From contig CAYGCY010000002.1 in the NCBI GenBank assembly GCA_964348525.1, forward strand, positions 9,726-73,725: a DNA stretch of 64,000 bases, given 5' to 3'. This document shows positions 19,895 through 30,042 of this stretch, in pieces (within the stretch, counting starts at the first letter, position 1; each line of letters begins with the position of its first letter). Origin of the DNA: an uncultured Candidatus Saccharibacteria bacterium (GTDB lineage: Bacteria; Patescibacteriota; Minisyncoccia; Phycocordibacterales; Zambryskibacteraceae). The notes below the pieces were generated by a model, which searched no databases, was not told where the DNA came from, and saw only the letters and a list, made by a program, of their open reading frames with translations. Both the position numbers and the translations under genes were made by a program.

Positions 19895-21307
19895 TTATTG
19901 TACTTTCTTAATTTTAAGTTCGTCCAGCTGTTTCTGTGGAATTTCTGATGGAGAATTCATCATTAAATCCCTCCCTTCTCCATTCTTTGGAAAGGCCATT
20001 ACTTCTCTGATGTTCGGCTCATTTTCAAGAAGCATTACCAAACGATCAAGTCCCCAAGCAATCCCACCATGAGGTGGGGTGCCCGAACGAAACGCTTCGA
20101 GCATGTAGAAAAGATTTTTCTCCGCTTCTTCTTTGGGAACACCCATGATTTCATACACCGCAAGTAACGCCTCTGGTTTATGGTTTCTTATGCTCCCTCC
20201 TCCTATTTCATAGCCATTCAGTATGATGTCGTATTGGTTGGTTAAGATGTTCGCTATGTTTTTTTTGTTTAATAAATCGTCAGCGTACTCTGGTTGTGCA
20301 CCTGAAAAAGGATTGTGAGTAAACGTCCAGTCCCCAGTAGCATTTGGGTTGTCGGATTTGTCTGTTTTCTCAAAAAATGGGAAATCTATCACCCAACAAA
20401 AGGCTAATGAGTTTGGATTATTTTTGTCTTCTCTCAAGTCTGGCCTGTCAGTACCATATTTTTCTAGAGCCTCTTTATAAGAGATTCTAGGAAAAGGAAC
20501 CTGCTCGATCTTTTTTTCTGGATAGAGTAGAGAAACCAAAGCGATCAGAAGTTTTTCGTTGAGCTCCATCACATCTTCTCTTTCAACAAAACTCATTTCT
20601 AAATCAAGTTGTGTAAATTCTGGCTGTCTGTCACCGCGTAAATCTTCGTCACGAAAACATTTTGCCATTTGAAAATATCTTTCCATTCCAGATGACATTA
20701 GTAACTGTTTATATTGCTGTGGCGCTTGTGGTAAAGCGTAAAATTTACCTAAATCAAGTCTAGAAGGAACGATAAAATCTCGCGCGCCTTCAGCGGTTGA
20801 TTTTGAAAGTATGGGAGTTTCTATTTCAATAAAATCTTCTTTGTCTAAATAATCGCGGATAAACTTGATTATTTTATGTCTGTTCCTAATGTTTTTCTGC
20901 ATTCTGGAACGGCGCAAATCTATATATCTGTATTTAAGTCGAGCTTCCTCGCCAATTTCTTTGCCATCTGAATCTGTGTCTATAGGCGGAGTTTCAGCTT
21001 TGTTTAGAACATTTATGCTTGTGATTTCTAGTTCTATGTCTCCATTCTCATCACCTTCTTTCACATTTTTTTCAGGTCTTTTGTGAAGAATACCTTTCGC
21101 CTCAATTACCCATTCAGTTCTTAATTCCTTGGCAACAGACATTACTTCCTCGTGATTTGGTAAAGCAACGGCTTGGATTTTTCCACTTCTGTCTCTAATA
21201 TCAAGGAAAATAAGTTTCCCCTGATCGCGTCTCACATCTACCCAGCCAGAGACTGAAACTTCATGTTCAACGGATGCGTGTAAATCTTTTATAAGAGTCC
21301 TTTTCAT
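19895..21307 (-). CDS. aspS: Aspartyl-tRNA synthetase, short form lacking the GAD insertion domain
   Basis: Class II motif 2 FRDEDLRGDRQPEFTQLDLEMSF. 470 aa. Confidence 0.85.
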   Translation of the reverse strand: MKRTLIKDLHASVEHEVSVSGWVDVRRDQGKLIFLDIRDRSGKIQAVALPNHEEVMSVAKELRTEWVIEAKGILHKRPEKNVKEGDENGDIELEITSINVLNKAETPPIDTDSDGKEIGEEARLKYRYIDLRRSRMQKNIRNRHKIIKFIRDYLDKEDFIEIETPILSKSTAEGARDFIVPSRLDLGKFYALPQAPQQYKQLLMSSGMERYFQMAKCFRDEDLRGDRQPEFTQLDLEMSFVEREDVMELNEKLLIALVSLLYPEKKIEQVPFPRISYKEALEKYGTDRPDLREDKNNPNSLAFCWVIDFPFFEKTDKSDNPNATGDWTFTHNPFSGAQPEYADDLLNKKNIANILTNQYDIILNGYEIGGGSIRNHKPEALLAVYEIMGVPKEEAEKNLFYMLEAFRSGTPPHGGIAWGLDRLVMLLENEPNIREVMAFPKNGEGRDLMMNSPSEIPQKQLDELKIKKVQ

Positions 21308-21308
21308 A

Positions 21309-22289
21309 TTATTCGTTGTGTATTAAACCCACTTTTTCTCTGACCTCTTTCATTTTTTCATGTACGATTTGCCTCATGCTCTTTCCTCCCCGCTCAAGAA
21401 TTTTTTGTACTTCTTCGGGTTTATTTTCCCATTCCGTTCTTTTTGCTCGCATAGGTTCTATAAACTTTTTGAGGCTATCTATTAGTATCTCTTTTGATTC
21501 TTTATAGCCAATTTTCCCTTCTTCGTATCTTGCCCTCAAATCTTCAGCCAAAGATGCATCGCTTACTAATGTATGAAGCATAAAAACAGTGTCTTTTTCC
21601 GGATCTTTAGGCTCATCTACCCCTTTTGAATCTGTGGTGATACTCATGACTGCTTTTTCTATTTCTGCATCTGTTGCAAAAAGAGGGATGACATTGTTAT
21701 AGCTTTTACTCATTTTCTGGCCATCTGTACCCAAAATGGTTTGCACAGACTCAATAACAAGTGGCTCTGGTCTTGCAAAAGTTTCTCCAAACAAGTTGTT
21801 GAATTTTTCTGCCACATCCTGTGCGATTTCCACGTGCTGTTTTTGGTCCTTACCTACAGGCACCACTACTGCGTCGTGTACCAAAATGTCTGCCGCCATA
21901 AGGAGCGGGTAGTTGAAGGTACCAACATTTACTTCTTTTCTTTTTGCTTCAGCGTCTTTGAATGCGTGGGCGCGCGAAAGATATGGCATTGTAATAAGGC
22001 ACTCAAATATCCATGCAAGTTCTGTTACGTGAGGAATATCTGATTGTAAAAAAATAGCTACCTTTTCAGGATCAAGTCCGGCCCCTAGATAATCAAGTAC
22101 CAAATCATGGGTTTGCGACGCAAGTTTTTTTGGGTCATGAGTAGTGGTAAGAGCGTGCATGTTAGCTACAAAGAACCTGCACTCGTATTCATTTTGAAGG
22201 TTAATAAACTGCTTTAGGGCGCCGAAATAATTACCTATATGCAATCTACCTGATGGTTGCATCCCAGAAACTAAAATTCCTTTAGACAT
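21309..22289 (-). CDS. trpS: Tryptophanyl-tRNA synthetase
   Basis: HIGH-type motif (HIGN) and KMSKS. Confidence 0.9.
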   Translation of the reverse strand: MSKGILVSGMQPSGRLHIGNYFGALKQFINLQNEYECRFFVANMHALTTTHDPKKLASQTHDLVLDYLGAGLDPEKVAIFLQSDIPHVTELAWIFECLITMPYLSRAHAFKDAEAKRKEVNVGTFNYPLLMAADILVHDAVVVPVGKDQKQHVEIAQDVAEKFNNLFGETFARPEPLVIESVQTILGTDGQKMSKSYNNVIPLFATDAEIEKAVMSITTDSKGVDEPKDPEKDTVFMLHTLVSDASLAEDLRARYEEGKIGYKESKEILIDSLKKFIEPMRAKRTEWENKPEEVQKILERGGKSMRQIVHEKMKEVREKVGLIHNE

Positions 22290-22318
22290 AGAAGGATTAT
22301 AACAAAATTATCCTATCC

Positions 22319-23413
22319 CTATAACCCCTCTTTCTTCAGTTCCTCTATATGTTTTTTAGCGTCCTTTGATAACTTTTTAGGCATCTCTATTTTTACTCGA
22401 AGTAAGATGTCTCCCCTTTTGCCTCTTACATTAACGCCTCTTTCCTTTATTCGAATGACGTCACCAAATTTTATTCCTTCAGGAATTACTACCTTCTCCA
22501 TTCCATCTAAAGTTTGAAAATTTATTTCTGCACCCAAAAGCGCATCGCTCAACTTTACAGAAAAATCTGCTAGAAGATTTGCACCATTTTTAGTAAAAAC
22601 TGGATGAGTGTCCACTTTGACTCCAACATACAAATCTCCCTGCTCCCCTCCCCGTACAGCTTCGCCCATTTTTGAAAGTCTCAACACTTCTCCATCACTT
22701 ATTCCAGCAGGAATTTTTATATTTATTATTTCGTCTTTAGCGAAAACTCCTTTGCCTTTGCAATGGGGGCAGGTTTTCTCTGGAATTTCACCCGAGCCAG
22801 CACATACCGTGCAAATCCGCTCTGTTGCTATTGAACCCAAAATTGACCTGCGCACTTCTCTTACACTTCCTTTTCCTTTACATGTATCACAAGTTTTAAA
22901 TTTGGAACCAGACTCCGCAGTACTGCCATTACATTTTTCGCAGACAACATAATGATTAAGTCTTACTTTTCTCTCTGAGCCAAATACTGATTCTTCAAAC
23001 GGAATTCTGATTTCTACATGAATATCCGCCCCGCGTGACTCTTTTTTATTTCTAAAACCTCCGCCAAAAATATCGCCAAAAATATCACCCAAATCAAACT
23101 CCATACCACCCTGATTAAAGTTAAATCCTCCTTGTCCAAATTGTTGTGCAAATTGAGAAAAATCAAAACCCTGAGCCCCATTAAACCCATTGAAACCTCC
23201 ATTAAATGCCCCACTGCCCATCATGTCGTATTGAGCTCGCTTGTTATCATCTGAGAGCACCGAATATGCCTCGTTTAGCTCTTTGAATTTGTCAGCGTTG
23301 CCAGTTTTTTTATCTGGATGGTATTCATGCGCGAGTTTTCTAAACGCCTTTTTAATATCGTCTTTGGTAGATTTTTTATCTACACCCAATATCTTGTAAT
23401 AATCTTTAGACAT
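22319..23413 (-). CDS. dnaJ: Chaperone DnaJ
   Basis: J-domain with HPD, G/F region, four CxxCxGxG zinc-finger repeats. Confidence 0.9.
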   Translation of the reverse strand: MSKDYYKILGVDKKSTKDDIKKAFRKLAHEYHPDKKTGNADKFKELNEAYSVLSDDNKRAQYDMMGSGAFNGGFNGFNGAQGFDFSQFAQQFGQGGFNFNQGGMEFDLGDIFGDIFGGGFRNKKESRGADIHVEIRIPFEESVFGSERKVRLNHYVVCEKCNGSTAESGSKFKTCDTCKGKGSVREVRRSILGSIATERICTVCAGSGEIPEKTCPHCKGKGVFAKDEIINIKIPAGISDGEVLRLSKMGEAVRGGEQGDLYVGVKVDTHPVFTKNGANLLADFSVKLSDALLGAEINFQTLDGMEKVVIPEGIKFGDVIRIKERGVNVRGKRGDILLRVKIEMPKKLSKDAKKHIEELKKEGL

Positions 23414-23439
23414 ATTTTAGAAATTTAGAAACAAATAAA

Positions 23440-25314
23440 TTATTGTTTCGAATTTTCTGTAGATGATTCTGGTGGGGTCTGAGGCGGAGTTTCAGTGGGA
23501 GGAGTTTGCTGTGTATTCTGTTGCATTGCCTGCCCGACTTTCTGCAGTTCGTCCGACAGCTCTTGAGTGGCTTTCTTTATAGCCTCTGATGTTCCTGTGT
23601 CTTTAACTAACTTAAGTGCAGATATTTTTCCTTCTACACTTGTCTTCACATCGGCGGACACTTTATCTCCGGCATCTTTCAAAGCTTTTTCAGATGCGTA
23701 AATGAGCTGTTCTGCCAAATTACGTGCCTCTGCAACTTCTTTCTTTTGTGCATCTTCAGAGGCGTGCAACTCTGCATCTTTTTTCATTTTTTCTATGTCT
23801 TCTTTAGATAATCCACTCGACGCCTCTATTCTTATAGACTGCTCTTTATTGGTGCCTTTATCTTTTGCTTTTACATTTAATATCCCATTTGCATCAATAT
23901 CAAATGTCACTTCTATTTGTGGCATTCCGCGAGGAGCTGGCGGTATACCATCTAGAATAAATCTGCCCAAGGATTTGTTATCGCCCGCCATTGGTCTTTC
24001 TCCTTGAACTATGTGGATTTCTACGCTCGTCTGGTTGTCTGTTGCAGTAGAAAATACTTGGGAACGAGAAGCTGGGACGGTCGTATTTTTCTCTATGAGT
24101 TTTGTTGCCACCCCGCCCATAGTTTCTATCCCAAAAGAAAGAGGGATAACATCAAGCAACAGTATGTCTTTTACATCCCCAGAAAGTACACCTGCCTGCA
24201 CCGCTGCACCAAGTGCCACTACTTCATCAGGATTGATTGTTCTATTGGGTTCTTTGTTGAAAAACTTTTTTACTGCCTCAATCATGGCAGGCATTCTTGT
24301 TTGCCCTCCTACCAAAATAACCTCGTCTATTTCTCCAACCTTAAATGGAGAAGCTTCCATAGCGCGCTTTGTGATAGACATGGCTCTATCCAAAAATTCT
24401 TGCGCCAATTCTTCTAACTTGGCACGGGTCATCTTTATTAGGAGATGCCTCGGACCAGTAGAATCTGAAGTTAGGAACGGAATATTTACTTCAGTTTCTG
24501 GAGTTGTAGAAAGCTCTATTTTTGCCTTTTCTGCTGCCTCATCGAGTCTCTGGAGAGCCAAAGCATCATTTCTTACATCTATTCCGGATTCTTTTTTAAA
24601 TTCTTCCGCCAGCCAATTAATTATTTTTTGATCTATATCCTTGCCTCCCAAATGTGAGTCGCCGTCTGTAGATTTTACTTCTACCACATCGTCTCCCACT
24701 TCCAAAATAGAAATATCAAATGTACCTCCTCCGAAGTCGAATACTGCTATTTTTTCGTTCTTCTTTTTATTAAAGCCGTATGCGAGCGCCGCTGCTGTGG
24801 GTTCATTTATTATTCTTTTCACATCTAAACCCGCTATTTGGCCCGCATCTTTTGTGGCTTGCCTTTGAGCATCATTAAAATAGGCAGGCACCGTGATAAT
24901 AGCTTCTGTGATTTTTTCTCCCAATTTTGCTTCTGCGTCAGCTTTTAATTTTTGCAAAATCATAGCTGAAATTTCTTCTGGACGAAGTTCTTTATCTCCC
25001 ATCTTTACTAAAACTCCTCCGTTAGAAGACTTTGATACCTCAAAAGGCACTACCGTCTTGTCTTTTTGAACCCCAGGGTCATCAAACAAATGCCCCATAA
25101 ATCTTTTTATGCCAAAAATAGTATTTTTAGGATTAGTGACTGCCTGTCTTTTGGCCAAAAGTCCAGCTAATCTTTCGCCTGTTTTTGAAATAGTGACAAT
25201 AGACGGCGTGGTGCGCACACCCTCTGCGTTTTCTATTATTTTTGGGACACCCGCTTCCATTACGGCAACTGCCGAATAAGTCGTGCCCAAATCTATTCCA
25301 ATTATTTTTGCCAT
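23440..25314 (-). CDS. dnaK: Chaperone DnaK (Hsp70)
   Basis: [14 protein letters not shown] and other Hsp70 signatures. 624 aa. Confidence 0.95.
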   Translation of the reverse strand: MAKIIGIDLGTTYSAVAVMEAGVPKIIENAEGVRTTPSIVTISKTGERLAGLLAKRQAVTNPKNTIFGIKRFMGHLFDDPGVQKDKTVVPFEVSKSSNGGVLVKMGDKELRPEEISAMILQKLKADAEAKLGEKITEAIITVPAYFNDAQRQATKDAGQIAGLDVKRIINEPTAAALAYGFNKKKNEKIAVFDFGGGTFDISILEVGDDVVEVKSTDGDSHLGGKDIDQKIINWLAEEFKKESGIDVRNDALALQRLDEAAEKAKIELSTTPETEVNIPFLTSDSTGPRHLLIKMTRAKLEELAQEFLDRAMSITKRAMEASPFKVGEIDEVILVGGQTRMPAMIEAVKKFFNKEPNRTINPDEVVALGAAVQAGVLSGDVKDILLLDVIPLSFGIETMGGVATKLIEKNTTVPASRSQVFSTATDNQTSVEIHIVQGERPMAGDNKSLGRFILDGIPPAPRGMPQIEVTFDIDANGILNVKAKDKGTNKEQSIRIEASSGLSKEDIEKMKKDAELHASEDAQKKEVAEARNLAEQLIYASEKALKDAGDKVSADVKTSVEGKISALKLVKDTGTSEAIKKATQELSDELQKVGQAMQQNTQQTPPTETPPQTPPESSTENSKQ

Positions 25315-25376
25315 GTGGTATTTATTAAGCTATTAAGTGCGGATAATATAGGACAAATTCTATAACTTATCAAGGC

Positions 25377-25892
25377 TTATTCGTGGCTATATACAGCCAC
25401 TTTTGCGGGTCTCAAAACTCTATCGTGAAGTAAGTACCCTTTCTCTAGAACCTCTGCCACTTTGTGGTCTAAATCAGGGTCTGTGGTCAGAGTGGTTTTT
25501 ACCGCTTCGTGAAGACTTGGGTTGAATGTCTCATTCTGTGGGTCTATCGCGACTACCCCTATTTTTTTAAGCGCGGAGTTAAGCTGAGAAAGTATAGCAC
25601 TTATATCTTTGTCTGTTGCAGAAGCTATTTCTAGACTATGAATAATAGGAAACAATTCTTTTACAAATAAAGCTCCCGAATACTTTTCTCTCGTCCTCAT
25701 CTCTTCTTCATCTCGTTTTCTCAAATTTATAAAATCAGCTTGAGCTCTCTGCCAACCATCTAAATATTCTTTGGCTTTTTCTTCGGTCTTTTTTAGTTTT
25801 TCTTTCAAACGAGAAACTTGCGACTGAGTATTCCCCTCACCGTCTTCTGGTATAAATTCTTCAATTTCAATCTCTTGGTCGTCTTTTTTCAT
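25377..25892 (-). CDS. grpE: Nucleotide exchange factor GrpE
   Basis: Coiled-coil N-terminus and GrpE C-terminal domain. Operon order grpE-dnaK-dnaJ. Confidence 0.85.
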   Translation of the reverse strand: MKKDDQEIEIEEFIPEDGEGNTQSQVSRLKEKLKKTEEKAKEYLDGWQRAQADFINLRKRDEEEMRTREKYSGALFVKELFPIIHSLEIASATDKDISAILSQLNSALKKIGVVAIDPQNETFNPSLHEAVKTTLTTDPDLDHKVAEVLEKGYLLHDRVLRPAKVAVYSHE

Positions 25893-25915
25893 TATAGTTA
25901 TATATCCTACAGCGG

Positions 25916-25974
25916 AAATATTACTTTCAAAAGCATTGGTAACCTTCTGACGCTTGCTTTTGAAAGCAATATTT
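25916..25974. promoter_or_regulatory. 20-bp near-perfect inverted repeat with 19-nt spacer, 24 nt upstream of grpE: candidate heat-shock operator
   Basis: aaatattactttcaaaagca (25916-25935) against tgcttttgaaagcaatattt (25955-25974), 19/20 complementary. AT-rich, no U-run. Does not match CIRCE, HAIR or the CtsR box. Confidence 0.45.
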
Positions 25975-25986
25975 TCGCGATTGTCC

Positions 25987-26388
25987 CTATCGTTTCGACC
26001 ACTGAGGAGCTTTTCTTGCTTTCTTCAGACCGAATTTTCTTCTTTCTTTCATTCTAGGGTCTCTCTTCAACAGCCCTGCTTTTTTCAAAGATTTTCTCAA
26101 ATCTGTATCCATTATGTTTAGGGCTCGTGCTATGCCATGAGACACTGCGTCTGCTTGAGAAGAAATTCCTCCTCCGAGAACTTTTACAGAAACGCTGACT
26201 GCATTTTCTAAACTTGCATTTTTAAGTGGAGCTAGCACTTTTTCACACAATTCAGCTACAGGAAAATATTCAGACATCTGCTTTCCATTTATTACTATAG
26301 AAAGAGTTGCACTTTTTGAGAGCCTAACGCGTGCCACGCTGGTTTTTCTTCTTCCTACTGCTTCAAAATATTTTTTAGTTTCCGACAT
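25987..26388 (-). CDS. rpsI: Ribosomal protein S9
   Basis: C-terminal KKARKAPQWSKR. Confidence 0.9.
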   Translation of the reverse strand: MSETKKYFEAVGRRKTSVARVRLSKSATLSIVINGKQMSEYFPVAELCEKVLAPLKNASLENAVSVSVKVLGGGISSQADAVSHGIARALNIMDTDLRKSLKKAGLLKRDPRMKERRKFGLKKARKAPQWSKR

Positions 26389-26389
26389 A

Positions 26390-26743
26390 TTATTTCTTTA
26401 CTGTTAGTCTTTTCATTCTTGGGGTTCTCAGCTTGTTTTTAGGAAGCATTCCATCCACTGCCTTTTTTACAGCTTCTTCCACTCCACGACGATCCATTAA
26501 TCTCCCTAAAGACTCTTCTGTAAGACCTCCTGGGTATTGAGAGTGCGCTCTATACATCTTCTCTTTTTTCTTCTTTTCAGTTATCAAAAGTTTTCCTACA
26601 TTCTCTATAACAACAAAAGTTTCGCCTTCTTTGTTGGGTGCATAGTTTACTGAGTCTTTCCCTATAAGAACCTTTGCCGCTTCCGAGGCTATCCTTCCGA
26701 GTCTTTTTCCTTCTGCGTTTATTGTGTAAATCTTTTTTGTCAT
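26390..26743 (-). CDS. rplM: Ribosomal protein L13
   Basis: L13 N-terminus. Sits upstream of rpsI. Confidence 0.9.
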   Translation of the reverse strand: MTKKIYTINAEGKRLGRIASEAAKVLIGKDSVNYAPNKEGETFVVIENVGKLLITEKKKKEKMYRAHSQYPGGLTEESLGRLMDRRGVEEAVKKAVDGMLPKNKLRTPRMKRLTVKK

Positions 26744-26747
26744 GGTT

Positions 26748-27095
26748 TTATACGAATTCTATATAAGCCCTGTATGATCCGTCTTGCAAACGTCTTACAG
26801 TCTTTATAATCCTTGTGTATCCACCTTTTCTATCTTTATATTGTGGGGCCAATTTTTCAATAAGTTTTTTTGCTTGTTTCTCGCCTATCTCCCCTATTAA
26901 GAATCTGCGCGACGCAAGAGTGCCCACTTTGGCTCGTGTTACTAATCTTTCTACATAAGGTCTTACTTCTTTTGCCTTTGCTTCTGAAGTTTCGATGCGT
27001 CCACGCAACACCAAAGAATGCGCCAAACCCTTCAAGAGTGCATTTCTCTGATTTTTGTCTCTCCCTAATGTTCTTTTATTCTTGTGATGACGCAT
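26748..27095 (-). CDS. rplQ: Ribosomal protein L17
   Basis: MRHHKNKRTLGRDKNQRNALLKGLA. Confidence 0.9.
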   Translation of the reverse strand: MRHHKNKRTLGRDKNQRNALLKGLAHSLVLRGRIETSEAKAKEVRPYVERLVTRAKVGTLASRRFLIGEIGEKQAKKLIEKLAPQYKDRKGGYTRIIKTVRRLQDGSYRAYIEFV

Positions 27096-27116
27096 GATAT
27101 TTTCTATTTTTGTGTT

Positions 27117-28076
27117 TTAGTCCTTGAGAGTGATACCGAATTCGCTTAATGCTTTTCTGATTTCTTGAATTCCTTTTGCACCTAATCCGTCTACTTCCAA
27201 AAGGTCTTTCTCTCTTTTTCTAGCAAGACCGCCGACTGTTCTTATGTTTGCATTAGACAGCGCGTTCATAGTGCGAGCAGAAAGTCCAACGCTTTCCATT
27301 CTTGTTTTCAATACATCTGCATCTGGTTCTTTTTCTGATACCTGAGCACTTTCAGAAACTTCTCTTATTGGCAATGGTTCCTCTTCTTTGAAGCCTATTA
27401 TTGCTTTCAACTGATTTATCATTATTTCTATAGATTTCTCCAACGCTTCTTTCGGAGTTATGGTGCCATCGGTTTCTATAAATAATCTCAACCTATTGAA
27501 GTCTGTTCTGTCGCCTACACGCATTTGCTCTACTTCATAGCTTGCTCTTCGTATAGGGGCAAAAATGGCATCGAGAGCCAATGCGCCTACATCCATTTTT
27601 GTTTTTTGGATGACCTCTCTAGACATATAGCCAATTCCTCTTTCTACAGTTATTTCTATATCTATAGATGTTTTACCATCAGCCAAAGTGCATATTTCCT
27701 GTTCTGGATTCAATATTTCTATTTGTCCTGGGAACTCAATATCTCCTGCGGTTAAAGTCTTTGGGCCTTTCGCTTTTAGAGTCATCTTCTGAGCTTCATT
27801 TGAAGACATTCTTATTCTTATTTTCTTTAAATTTAAAAGAATGGTTATCACATCCTCTTTTATTCCAGAAATAGTAGAGAATTCATGCTCAACTCCGTCT
27901 ATTTTTATTTGAGTGATAGCAGCTCCTGGAAGAGACGACAAAATAATCCTTCTCAAAGAATTTCCAAGTGTGTGACCATAGCCCGGATACAATCCGTCTA
28001 TTTCATACATCCCTGAAAACCCTTCTTCAGTTACTATCTTTGGTTTTGATGGTAAAACAATTGATATATCATTCAT
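27117..28076 (-). CDS. rpoA: DNA-directed RNA polymerase alpha subunit
   Basis: 319 aa between rpsD and rplQ. Alpha NTD/CTD pattern. Confidence 0.9.
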   Translation of the reverse strand: MNDISIVLPSKPKIVTEEGFSGMYEIDGLYPGYGHTLGNSLRRIILSSLPGAAITQIKIDGVEHEFSTISGIKEDVITILLNLKKIRIRMSSNEAQKMTLKAKGPKTLTAGDIEFPGQIEILNPEQEICTLADGKTSIDIEITVERGIGYMSREVIQKTKMDVGALALDAIFAPIRRASYEVEQMRVGDRTDFNRLRLFIETDGTITPKEALEKSIEIMINQLKAIIGFKEEEPLPIREVSESAQVSEKEPDADVLKTRMESVGLSARTMNALSNANIRTVGGLARKREKDLLEVDGLGAKGIQEIRKALSEFGITLKD

Positions 28077-28093
28077 GGTAATTTTTGTTATTT

Positions 28094-28705
28094 TTATCTT
28101 GCGTAATACTCAAGCACTGCATTTAAATCAAACATCGTCTCCGCTTGGCTGATTTCAGGAACTGCCGTGACAAGCGCTTCCATCTTTTCTGGATCTGTCT
28201 TTAACCACTGAGGTGGAGTATAAGTTTTATTTTTTTCTACCAAATCAGCAAACATTGGTGAGCTAGAGCTTTGTGGACGAATTTGTACCTTGTCCCCGAC
28301 ATAAACATTAAACGATGGTATGGTTACTTTTTTGCCATTGACCAAGATGTGGCCATGAGAAACTGCCTGTTTTGATGCTGTACGGGTAGGTCTAAATCCA
28401 GCTCTGTACACAACATTGTCCAATCTGCTTTCAAGTTTTGCATACAATCTGCTCTGTCCGTGAGAGTCTTTTTTCTCTAAAACCTCTTTCACATATTTCG
28501 CAAATTGTTTTTCTGTTATTAGGTATGTGTATCTAGCTTTCTGCTTTTCTAAAAGTTGCATACCGAAGTTGGATTTTGGTCTTTGAGGAACTTTCCCAGC
28601 TCTTTCTTTTTTGGAAAGATTAAGAGCATATTTTTGAGTTTGAGTTTTCTCAAAAATAGGTGCCCCAAGTCTTCTCGCTATTTTATATTTTGGTCCTAAT
28701 TTCAT
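28094..28705 (-). CDS. rpsD: Ribosomal protein S4
   Basis: MKLGPKYKIARRLG N-terminus. Confidence 0.9.
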   Translation of the reverse strand: MKLGPKYKIARRLGAPIFEKTQTQKYALNLSKKERAGKVPQRPKSNFGMQLLEKQKARYTYLITEKQFAKYVKEVLEKKDSHGQSRLYAKLESRLDNVVYRAGFRPTRTASKQAVSHGHILVNGKKVTIPSFNVYVGDKVQIRPQSSSSPMFADLVEKNKTYTPPQWLKTDPEKMEALVTAVPEISQAETMFDLNAVLEYYAR

Positions 28706-28707
28706 AT

Positions 28708-29136
28708 TTATACTCTTCTTGGTTTTTTAGGTTTTGGGCCATTATGCGGAACTGGAGTCATGTCACGAATCGTCCCCAAAATAACTCCTTTCGTCAAAAA
28801 CCCTCTTATAGACGACTCTCTTCCAGAGCCTACTCCCTTTACTACTACATCAACCTTCTTTATTCCTATATTCTGAGCATTTTGTGCCAAAAGCTCGCCC
28901 ACCTTAGCGGCTGCAAAGGGTGTTCCTTTTTTTGCCCCCTTAAATCCAAGTGAGCCAGAAGAAGACCAAGCGAGAGTATTGCCCTTCGAATCTGTAAGCG
29001 TAAGCTTTGTATTGTTATAAGTAGACTCTACATATAACTTCCCTGATTCAGTTCTTTTTTTAGACGAAGAAGCAGGTGCAGTCTTTGCACCCTCACCTTC
29101 CTGTGATTCTGTTTTTACTATTCGTTTTTTACCCAT
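28708..29136 (-). CDS. rpsK: Ribosomal protein S11
   Basis: S11 C-terminal PHNGPKPKKPRRV. Confidence 0.9.
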   Translation of the reverse strand: MGKKRIVKTESQEGEGAKTAPASSSKKRTESGKLYVESTYNNTKLTLTDSKGNTLAWSSSGSLGFKGAKKGTPFAAAKVGELLAQNAQNIGIKKVDVVVKGVGSGRESSIRGFLTKGVILGTIRDMTPVPHNGPKPKKPRRV

Positions 29137-29259
29137 TGGCTATCCGGAACTCAATCGGTTTCTAGCGTATCTAGCCCCAAAACTTGACTTGAATACCAAA
29201 ATTCTCGTATATAAATGCGAGAAGAATATTGTATAGGAACATTAAAATTTTGGCAAGTG

Positions 29260-29640
29260 TTATTTCTTTTCTACTGCCTTTCTCCCTGTACCCATGGTCT
29301 TTCTGACGTTGCCCCTGCGTGTCCTCGAATTTGTCTTTGTTCTCTGTCCTCGTACAGGTAGCACTCTAGCATGCCTAGTACCCCTATACGCCTTTATATC
29401 CTTTAAGCGCTTAATATTACCCGCTACTTGGCGCTTTAAATCCCCCTCTACTGTAAAAGATTCTACTAGCGATCGAACTTTGTTTTCAGATTCTACAGAT
29501 AGACTGGCTGGACGAGCGCCGTAATCAACCCCCGCTTTTTTCAATATTTCTTGCGCCCTAGATCGGCCTATACCATAAATAACGGTAAGCCCTATTTCTA
29601 GTCTTTTCTCTTCTGGAATTGTGATACCGAGTATACGCAT
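29260..29640 (-). CDS. rpsM: Ribosomal protein S13
   Basis: MRILGITIPEEKRLEIGLTVIYGIG. Confidence 0.9.
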   Translation of the reverse strand: MRILGITIPEEKRLEIGLTVIYGIGRSRAQEILKKAGVDYGARPASLSVESENKVRSLVESFTVEGDLKRQVAGNIKRLKDIKAYRGTRHARVLPVRGQRTKTNSRTRRGNVRKTMGTGRKAVEKK

Positions 29641-29642
29641 TT

Positions 29643-29759
29643 TTATCCTTGTCTTTGTTTATGACGGGCATTTGCCTTGCAAATAACATACACCACCCCT
29701 CGACGGCGTACGGTTTGGCACTTTTCACACATTTTCTTTACGGAAGATTTTACTTTCAT
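29643..29759 (-). CDS. rpmJ: Ribosomal protein L36 (38 aa), missed by the ORF track
   Basis: Minus-strand translation [38 protein letters not shown]. Sits between infA and rpsM. Confidence 0.85.
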   Translation of the reverse strand: MKVKSSVKKMCEKCQTVRRRGVVYVICKANARHKQRQG

Positions 29760-29799
29760 AAGAGACCAAATACTAAACTATATAGCTAAATATGTCTAG

Positions 29800-30021
29800 C
29801 TAGAGTCTTTTTACAATCCTCCCCTTTCCTCCATATTCGTCTTTTTCTATTTCTACTCTATCGCCCACCAAAATCCTTATTCTATGAAGTCTCATTTTCC
29901 CAGACAAAAAAGTAAGCATCTCTGCTTCATTTTCGCCGTCTTTATAAGAAACCCTGAAAAGGGTGTTTGGTAAGGCTTCTATTACGGTTCCTATAATCTT
30001 CTCTTTTTGCTGATGTGCCAT
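29800..30021 (-). CDS. infA: Translation initiation factor IF-1
   Basis: S1-like fold KEKIIGTVIEALPNTLFRV. Confidence 0.9.
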   Translation of the reverse strand: MAHQQKEKIIGTVIEALPNTLFRVSYKDGENEAEMLTFLSGKMRLHRIRILVGDRVEIEKDEYGGKGRIVKRL

Positions 30022-30042
30022 TCAGTTAGTAGTTTTATATAT

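Noticed and set aside
25893-25986. CIRCE, HAIR or CtsR operator upstream of grpE
   Set aside because: No TTAGCACTC-N9-GAGTGCTAA, CTTGAGT-N7-ACTCAAG or GGTCAAA repeats. A different palindrome is present and is reported as a finding.
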